Shown piece after piece: positions 58,201 to 64,000 of a stretch of DNA of 64,000 nucleotides. Each line of letters begins with the position of its first letter. The stretch's first letter is position 1. This DNA is from Thermodesulfobacteriota bacterium (lineage in GTDB: Bacteria; Desulfobacterota; Anaeroferrophillalia; Anaeroferrophillales; Tharpellaceae): contig JANTFH010000002.1 in assembly GCA_024763535.1 (NCBI GenBank), forward strand, positions 8,338-72,337, written 5' to 3'. The notes under the pieces are model-generated. The model was not told where the DNA came from. It was given only the letters and a program-made list of their open reading frames with translations, and searched no databases. Made by a program: the position numbers and the translations under genes.

Positions 58201-60519
58201 TTATTCGCTTGCGGCTTCAAGTTCGGGCTGGTTCTGCTTCATTATGATATTCACTTTTCCACCCTGTTTTAAGTCTCCGAAGAGGAGCATGTCAGCCAGC
58301 GGGTCTTTGATTTTATCCTGAATCAGGCGATCCAGCGGCCGGGCCCCGAATTTAGGGTCAAAACCTTTTTCCGCAAGCCAGGTACGCACCTCGGGGCTGA
58401 TCGTTAGTTGAACCTTGCGGGGTCTGAGAAAATCGTCAAACCGATCCATAAATTTATCGACTACCTTAAGCATTATATCTCGGTTTAAGGGATGGAAAAA
58501 TATGATCTCATCCAGGCGGTTGCGGAATTCCGGGGTGAAGAGTTTTTCCAGAGCCTTTCTCCCTTTATCTTTAGTGGTGCCGGCTTGTGTCTCGCCGAAG
58601 CCGACCGTATTGGCCGCCATCTCCCGGGCCCCGGCGTTGCTGGTCATAATCAGGATAGTGTGGCGGAAATCGGTTTTCCGGCCATTGTTGTCGGTCAGTG
58701 TGGCATAATCCATTATCTGCAGCAGGATGCTGAAAATATCGGGATGGGCCTTATCGATTTCATCCAGCAGAACCAAGGCGTGCGGGGTTTTGCGAATCTG
58801 TTCGGTCAAGAGTCCGCCCTGTTCAAAGCCGACATAACCGGGCGGAGCCCCGATGAGCCGGGCGACCGCGTGTTTCTCCATATATTCACTCATGTCGAAG
58901 CGGACCAGTTCAATCCCGAGCCGGTGGGCCGCCTGGCGGCAGATTTCGGTTTTGCCGACCCCGGTCGGGCCGGTAAAGAGGAAAGAGCCTAAAGGGCGTT
59001 CCGGCTGATTGAGCCCGGCATGGGCTCTTTTTAAGGCCCGGAAGAGGGCGGCAATCGCTTCATCCTGGCCGAAGATCTGTTTCTTTAGGTAGTCATCCAG
59101 CCGGGCCAGGCGGTTGGAGTTATCCGTGGTTACCTTTTTAACCGGGACCCTGGCAATCTGGGAAACCACTTTTTCGATTTCCGGTACGGTAATGGTGCGA
59201 ATTTCATTGTTGCCGCTGGCCAGCCGGGCCGCCGCCGCCGCCTCATCGATAACATCAATCGCTTTATCCGGAAGAAAACGGTCATTGATATAGCGGGCTG
59301 AGAGTTCAGCCGCGGCTTTTATCGCCGCCCGGCTGTAGCGTACCCGATGGTGACGGGCGAAATCCGGAATCAGTCCCTTTAAGATGGCTACGGTTTCAGT
59401 GATGCTGGGTTCATCCAGGGTAACCGGCTGAAAGCGCCGGGCCAGAGCCCGATCTTTAGCAAAGTTCTGCTTGTACTCTTCGTGTGTGGTGGAGCCGATG
59501 CAGCGGATATGACCGGCGGCTAAGACCGGTTTTAAGATGTTGGCCGCATCCATGGAGCCGCCGCTGGTGGCTCCGGCCCCGACCAGGGTGTGAATTTCAT
59601 CAATAAAAATAATGACTTTTGGTTTTTTTTCTAGCTCATCGATCACCCCTTTGAGGCGTTCTTCAAACTGGCCGCGATATTTGGTTCCGGCCAGAACCGC
59701 CCCCAGATCAAGGGCAAAAATCTCATAATCAAGCAGGTTGTCCGGCACCAGAGCCTTCTCGATATGCAGGGCCAGACCCTCGGCCATCGCCGTTTTACCG
59801 ACCCCGGAGTTGCCGATAAAGAGGGGGTTGTTCTTCTGCCGGCGGCAGAGTACCTGCAGGGTTCTCCGCATCTCCTTCTCCCGGCCGATAAGCGGGTCGA
59901 TATTGCCGGCCCGGGCTTTAGCTCTTAAATCGACGGTAAACTTATTCAGCAGCGGCAGCTTCCGGCCGGGTTGTTCTTTCTGGTTGGTTGCAGTCGTCGG
60001 GCGGCCGGCCTGAGGGTCTCCCGGCGTCGTCGTAAAACTTGAGTCATCAGCGGGATAGGGCCGCGGTTTAAGCTTATCCGGGTGCGCGGCACTCATATCT
60101 TCGCTGGAGATAAGGCGCAGGATATCGAGTCGGTTTATATCCTGCTCCTTGAGAAAGAAACAGGCGTAGCTCTCCTCTTCGGCAAAGATCGCCGCCAGTA
60201 GATCGCCGATCTCGGCTTCCGGTTTCTCCGACATCTGTACCTGAATCAGGGTGCGTTGTATAAGCCGCTGGAAAGCTATGGTCTCGGTCGGGGCAGTGTT
60301 GCTGTCGTTCCTGAGTTTCGGTACCTTGGCGGAGAAGTAGTTTTCCAGCCGGGCGATTAGAGTTGCGACATTGCCGCCGCATCTCTCGATCAGATCCCGT
60401 CCGGTTTCATCCTGAAGGATGCTAAAGAGCAGATGCTCGACGGTCAGGTATTCATGCTCGCGGTTTTTGGCCTCCCGAAAAGCTGAAATAATAGCCTGTT
60501 CAAATTGTTGATTCATCAT
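58201..60519 (-). CDS. clpA: ATP-dependent Clp protease ATP-binding subunit ClpA
   Basis: [46 protein letters not shown]; adjacent to clpS. Confidence 0.97.
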   Translation of the reverse strand: MMNQQFEQAIISAFREAKNREHEYLTVEHLLFSILQDETGRDLIERCGGNVATLIARLENYFSAKVPKLRNDSNTAPTETIAFQRLIQRTLIQVQMSEKPEAEIGDLLAAIFAEEESYACFFLKEQDINRLDILRLISSEDMSAAHPDKLKPRPYPADDSSFTTTPGDPQAGRPTTATNQKEQPGRKLPLLNKFTVDLRAKARAGNIDPLIGREKEMRRTLQVLCRRQKNNPLFIGNSGVGKTAMAEGLALHIEKALVPDNLLDYEIFALDLGAVLAGTKYRGQFEERLKGVIDELEKKPKVIIFIDEIHTLVGAGATSGGSMDAANILKPVLAAGHIRCIGSTTHEEYKQNFAKDRALARRFQPVTLDEPSITETVAILKGLIPDFARHHRVRYSRAAIKAAAELSARYINDRFLPDKAIDVIDEAAAAARLASGNNEIRTITVPEIEKVVSQIARVPVKKVTTDNSNRLARLDDYLKKQIFGQDEAIAALFRALKRAHAGLNQPERPLGSFLFTGPTGVGKTEICRQAAHRLGIELVRFDMSEYMEKHAVARLIGAPPGYVGFEQGGLLTEQIRKTPHALVLLDEIDKAHPDIFSILLQIMDYATLTDNNGRKTDFRHTILIMTSNAGAREMAANTVGFGETQAGTTKDKGRKALEKLFTPEFRNRLDEIIFFHPLNRDIMLKVVDKFMDRFDDFLRPRKVQLTISPEVRTWLAEKGFDPKFGARPLDRLIQDKIKDPLADMLLFGDLKQGGKVNIIMKQNQPELEAASE

Positions 60520-60521
60520 AA

Positions 60522-60836
60522 TTATACTTTTTCCATTGTGCAGCGCAGGGGAAATCCGGCTTCGGTGGCCCGCCGCTCGACTTCAGCTACCTTGCTCTCG
60601 GCAATCTGGTGTTCGTATTCACCGCAGCAGCCGATGCCGGTGCGGTGCACCATCATCATTATCTGTTCGGCCTGTGCCGCCTGATAATGGAAAACTTCCT
60701 GAAGAATTTCGACGACAAATTCCATGGTAGTATAGTGGTCGTTATGGATGAGAACCCGGTAGAGCGGCGGTTCCGGCAGCTCAGTCAGCTGCTCATCTAA
60801 AATCTCACTGCTTTGATCAGGTGCGAATTCCGTCAT
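60522..60836 (-). CDS. clpS: Clp protease adaptor ClpS
   Basis: YRVLIHNDHYTTMEFVV, MVHRTG, FPLRCTME. Confidence 0.97.
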   Translation of the reverse strand: MTEFAPDQSSEILDEQLTELPEPPLYRVLIHNDHYTTMEFVVEILQEVFHYQAAQAEQIMMMVHRTGIGCCGEYEHQIAESKVAEVERRATEAGFPLRCTMEKV

Positions 60837-61010
60837 GAATTTTTCTCACTGTTTAATCCGATTCTATTTCAGGGCGTTTCTATAAAATCACCATCAGTGA
60901 AATCTAAGCTTGCTTTTTATGGCGAGTTGCCCTTAAAATGCAAGAGAAAAATTTTGTTTTCTCTATTTAGCAAAATAATAGACAGGTGTCCGGCCTGGGT
61001 ATTATAACTC

Positions 61011-61190
61011 GGGATAACGGGTAATTTTCTTCCACTTCTTACGCTCAATTTCTGTTTTTCCAGCGCTCATTGCGCTGGAATTGCTAAACTCGTTCGTATC
61101 TTACTCAAAGAGTCGCAATTCCGGCCGCTTTATGCGCTGGGGAAAACCTCGAAATTTCGCGAGACACTACGGGAAACAACCCTGAATCCC
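61011..61190. repeat. ~180-bp nested stem-loop element, copy B
   Basis: Outer IR GGGATAACGGGTAATTTTC/GAAACAACCCTGAATCCC; AATTTCTGTTTTTCCAGCGC/GCGCTGGGGAAAACCTCGAAATT; GGAATTGC/GCAATTCC closing TAAACTCGTTCG...CTCAAAGAGTC. Confidence 0.7.
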
Positions 61191-61249
61191 TGGAGTTTAG
61201 AGTCTGCAATCATCTAACTGGGCAACCCTGAAAATAATCGGGAATTTTT

Positions 61250-62539
61250 ATGCTTCGTCGCCGGCGAAATATTTTTTTACTCTCTCTTCTGTTACTTACA
61301 ATTCTGTTTTCGGCTTTCTTCTACTATTTCAAGTCCCAGGTTGCGGTTATTCCCAGATTAAATCTGGTGTCGGTTTCTGATGCTGAATGGCCGCTTATCG
61401 AGGATGATCTGGAGTTGGATTCCCTGCGGCAGGCTCTGACCTATAATCTCGATTATCTTAAAAGATTGCCCGGATCGCGAATTATGAATTACGGCCGGCA
61501 GACGGTTGTTGTTGAGCGCATCCGTAAAGCTCAGGAGGCGTTGCTGGAGTTCCTTGGCAAGAATCCGGAAAGCTCTGCACTCAATCAGTATCTACGGGAT
61601 AATTTTCAACTTTTGGAGTCGCTGGCGGCGGCGGAAAATCAGGCCCAGAAAGAGCCGGTGCTGTTTACCGGTTATTATGTGCCGATGCTTAAGGGTTCTT
61701 TGACGGCGGATGAAAAATATCGCTATCCGCTTTACCGGAAACCGGATGATCTGGTTACCGTTGATCTACCCAGGTTTAAGCTTGAACGCCGGGTGCTGAG
61801 ATTGTGGCCGTGGCTTGATAGAGTGCCTTTCGGGCCGCGTTTTGCGGATCTGCACTTTCCGGTGATGCGCGGGCGGTTGTCGGAGTCCGGCCGGGTGGTT
61901 CCCTACTATACCCGGGAGGAGATTGATTATAAAGGGAAGCTTAAGGGAAAAAGACTGGAACTTCTCTGGGTTGATGATGAGATCGACCGTTTTTTTCTGC
62001 AGATTCAGGGATCCGGCTTGGTAGAGCTGAAAAGTGGGGCTTGGGTTATGGTTGGATACAGTGCCGCCAACGGTCAGCCCTATCGCAGTATCGGGGGCTG
62101 GCTCATACGTCAGGGACTGATGGCCCGGGAGCAGGTGTCAATGCCGTCGATCAGAGCCTGGCTGCAGGCTCATCCCGAACGTCTTAAAGAGGTTTTTACG
62201 GTCAATTCGAGTTATGTTTTTTTTCGTAAACTGGCGAGTCCTGAAGCGCTGGGCTGTTATCAGACGCCGATTACCGGAGGCCGCTCCATCGCCACCGATC
62301 GTAAGGTTTTCCCCGGCGGGGCTCTGGCCCTGATTGCCACGGAGAAACCGGTTTTTTCACAAACCGGAGACCTTCTTGAATGGCGCAGGTTTCAACGTCT
62401 GGTCTTAACCCAGGATACCGGCGGAGCCATTAAAGGCCCGTACCGGGTCGATATCTACTGTGGTGATGATGGGGCCGCCGCCCGGATGGCCGGAGTTATG
62501 AAACAGTCCGGGCGTCTTTTTCTGTTATTGCCGAAATGA
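61250..62539 (+). CDS. mltA: Membrane-bound lytic murein transglycosylase A
   Basis: FTGYYVP, YYTREEI, FFLQIQGSG, NSSYVFF, SIATD, QDTGGAIKG...D (3D domain). Confidence 0.95.
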   Translation: MLRRRRNIFLLSLLLLTILFSAFFYYFKSQVAVIPRLNLVSVSDAEWPLIEDDLELDSLRQALTYNLDYLKRLPGSRIMNYGRQTVVVERIRKAQEALLEFLGKNPESSALNQYLRDNFQLLESLAAAENQAQKEPVLFTGYYVPMLKGSLTADEKYRYPLYRKPDDLVTVDLPRFKLERRVLRLWPWLDRVPFGPRFADLHFPVMRGRLSESGRVVPYYTREEIDYKGKLKGKRLELLWVDDEIDRFFLQIQGSGLVELKSGAWVMVGYSAANGQPYRSIGGWLIRQGLMAREQVSMPSIRAWLQAHPERLKEVFTVNSSYVFFRKLASPEALGCYQTPITGGRSIATDRKVFPGGALALIATEKPVFSQTGDLLEWRRFQRLVLTQDTGGAIKGPYRVDIYCGDDGAAARMAGVMKQSGRLFLLLPK

Positions 62540-62550
62540 GCCTCTAAACT

Positions 62551-63420
62551 CTATCTTTTCAGTAGAGGGTAGCCCATCTCTTCGCGCTGTTTCAGGTAGT
62601 TGGTGGCGGAGAGTTTGGCCAGGTTCCTGACCTTGCCGATGTAGTTGGTGCGCTCCGTAACCGAGATTGCCCCCCGGGCATCAAGCAGATTGAAAACGTG
62701 TGAACACTTTAAGCAGCAGTCATAGAGCGGCAGGACAAAATCCTTCTCCGCCAGCCGTATGCCCTCCTGTTCAAACATCTTGAAGAGCTCCAGCAGCATC
62801 TCAACATCGGCCTCTTCGAAGTTGTATCTGGACCACTCAACCTCACTCTGGTGATGGACGTCACCATAGAGAAACTGATCATTCCAGCGCAGATCATAGA
62901 CGTTGTCAACCCCCTGCAGATACATGGCGATGCGTTCGATCCCGTAGGTTATCTCCCCGGGGATCGGTTTCAAGTCAAAACCGCCGACCTGCTGGAAGTA
63001 GGTGAACTGCGTAATCTCCATGCCGTCGAGCCAGACCTCCCAGCCCAGACCCCAGGCTCCTAAAGTCGGAGATTCCCAGTCATCTTCAACAAAGCGGATA
63101 TCATGATCTAAAGGATCGATACCGAGAGATTTCAGACTGTCTAGATAGAGCTCCTGAATCTCAACCGGTGAAGGCTTGAGGATTACCTGATACTGGTAGT
63201 AGTGCTGCAGGCGGTTGGGGTTTTCTCCGTAGCGGCCGTCGGTCGGTCTTCTTGAGGGTTCGACGTAGGCGACATTATAGGGCTCTGGTCCCAGTGAACG
63301 CAGGAAGGTTGCCGGATTAAAGGTTCCGGCACCGACTTCAAGATCATAGGGCTGTTGAATAATACAGCCGTGATCGGCCCAGTATCGTTCCAGATTGAGG
63401 ATGACATCTTGAAAATTCAT
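62551..63420 (-). CDS. glyQ: Glycine--tRNA ligase alpha subunit
   Basis: [52 protein letters not shown]. Confidence 0.99.
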   Translation of the reverse strand: MNFQDVILNLERYWADHGCIIQQPYDLEVGAGTFNPATFLRSLGPEPYNVAYVEPSRRPTDGRYGENPNRLQHYYQYQVILKPSPVEIQELYLDSLKSLGIDPLDHDIRFVEDDWESPTLGAWGLGWEVWLDGMEITQFTYFQQVGGFDLKPIPGEITYGIERIAMYLQGVDNVYDLRWNDQFLYGDVHHQSEVEWSRYNFEEADVEMLLELFKMFEQEGIRLAEKDFVLPLYDCCLKCSHVFNLLDARGAISVTERTNYIGKVRNLAKLSATNYLKQREEMGYPLLKR

Positions 63421-63998
63421 TGTTTGACTCCGTATTTATTTAAATTATTTCGCTTGTTTACATTATCAGGGATTAAGGTGGATAAATCATCGCTACGGCT
63501 CAGGAAGCCTTCCATGATCTTCAGGCTCTTGAAACTGCAGCCGCTGTGCCAGCTGAGCAAGGCCCGGCAGAGTCTTGCGCTTTCGGCCTCAACCTGAGGG
63601 GTAAAGTTTACCTTGTTCCGAAGCTCATTGTCAAGTCTGTGGGCCTGATTCAGAAGATTAATGGTTCCCTGACTGACTGTAAAAGCGGCTGGGTGGCGTT
63701 TTCGGCACTGCTTGCAGACGATTCCCCCGCTTTGCGGGGAGAAGTGGAAAAAGCGATCCTTTGAGTTCTCTTCCTCCAGTTTAAGACCGCAGTTAAGACA
63801 GCTTAAGAGCTCCGGTTTAAAACCTAACAGGGTTATTATCTGGAGTTCAAAAAGCCGGATTCGGCAATTAAAGTTGCGGTTGTACGGCACCGCACTCAAA
63901 AATGTGAAGAGGTCACCTAAGAGTTCAAAGATCTTCCGGTTGTGCTGGCGCTCGGCGGCACAGCGGTTGATGATCTCAAGGAAATAGCAGCCGTTCAA
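63417..63998 (-). CDS. recO: DNA repair protein RecO, 5' end truncated by window edge
   Basis: [13 protein letters not shown]...GGIVCKQC Zn motif; overlaps the glyQ start (recO-glyQ order). Confidence 0.88.
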   Translation of the reverse strand: MNGCYFLEIINRCAAERQHNRKIFELLGDLFTFLSAVPYNRNFNCRIRLFELQIITLLGFKPELLSCLNCGLKLEEENSKDRFFHFSPQSGGIVCKQCRKRHPAAFTVSQGTINLLNQAHRLDNELRNKVNFTPQVEAESARLCRALLSWHSGCSFKSLKIMEGFLSRSDDLSTLIPDNVNKRNNLNKYGVKQ

Positions 63999-64000
63999 GT

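Noticed and set aside
1-64000. CRISPR array, tRNA/rRNA genes, prophage or intact transposase
   Set aside because: No regularly spaced direct repeats, no cloverleaf or rRNA sequence, and all long ORFs are explained by non-mobile functions.

Overview
A housekeeping-rich chromosomal segment of an anaerobic bacterium. It is most likely Desulfobacterota (deltaproteobacterial), inferred from the gene orders pilB-pilT-pilC-pilS-pilR, pyrR-pyrB-pyrC-carA and proB-proA-nadD-rsfS-rlmH, plus rex, cooC and a fused 2-oxoacid:ferredoxin oxidoreductase. About 48 CDSs can be supported: a TPR/ExbB/ExbD/TonB-like cluster, ftsB, argS, lepAB, pyrimidine/carbamoyl-phosphate genes interrupted by an inverted lpxH, proline/NAD genes, a LapA-LapB fusion, gpmI, comF, an AsmA/YhdP-like protein, cooC, radC, a Pat-type acetyltransferase, type IV pilus motor/regulator genes, a two-subunit sodium:solute symporter with a DUF294 nucleotidyltransferase and a stand-alone CBS protein, PFOR, glnS, clpAS, mltA, glyQ and recO. 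I saw no rRNA, tRNA, CRISPR array, prophage, intact transposase or defence island. The most unusual signals are: (1) two ~180-bp intergenic elements (56144-56322, 61011-61190) with the same nested stem architecture, largely different stem sequences and a conserved loop; (2) a separate 159-bp nested inverted-repeat element between truA and rex; (3) a DUF294 nucleotidyltransferase lacking its usual cNMP/CBS domains next to a free CBS-pair gene and a strongly codon-biased symporter; (4) a Pat acetyltransferase with an internal ATP-grasp deletion at the position where pilA often lies; (5) a solo IS21-like end upstream of a single-chain PorA/C/D/B-type oxidoreductase. All calls come from reading motifs by eye; no database searches or folding were run.
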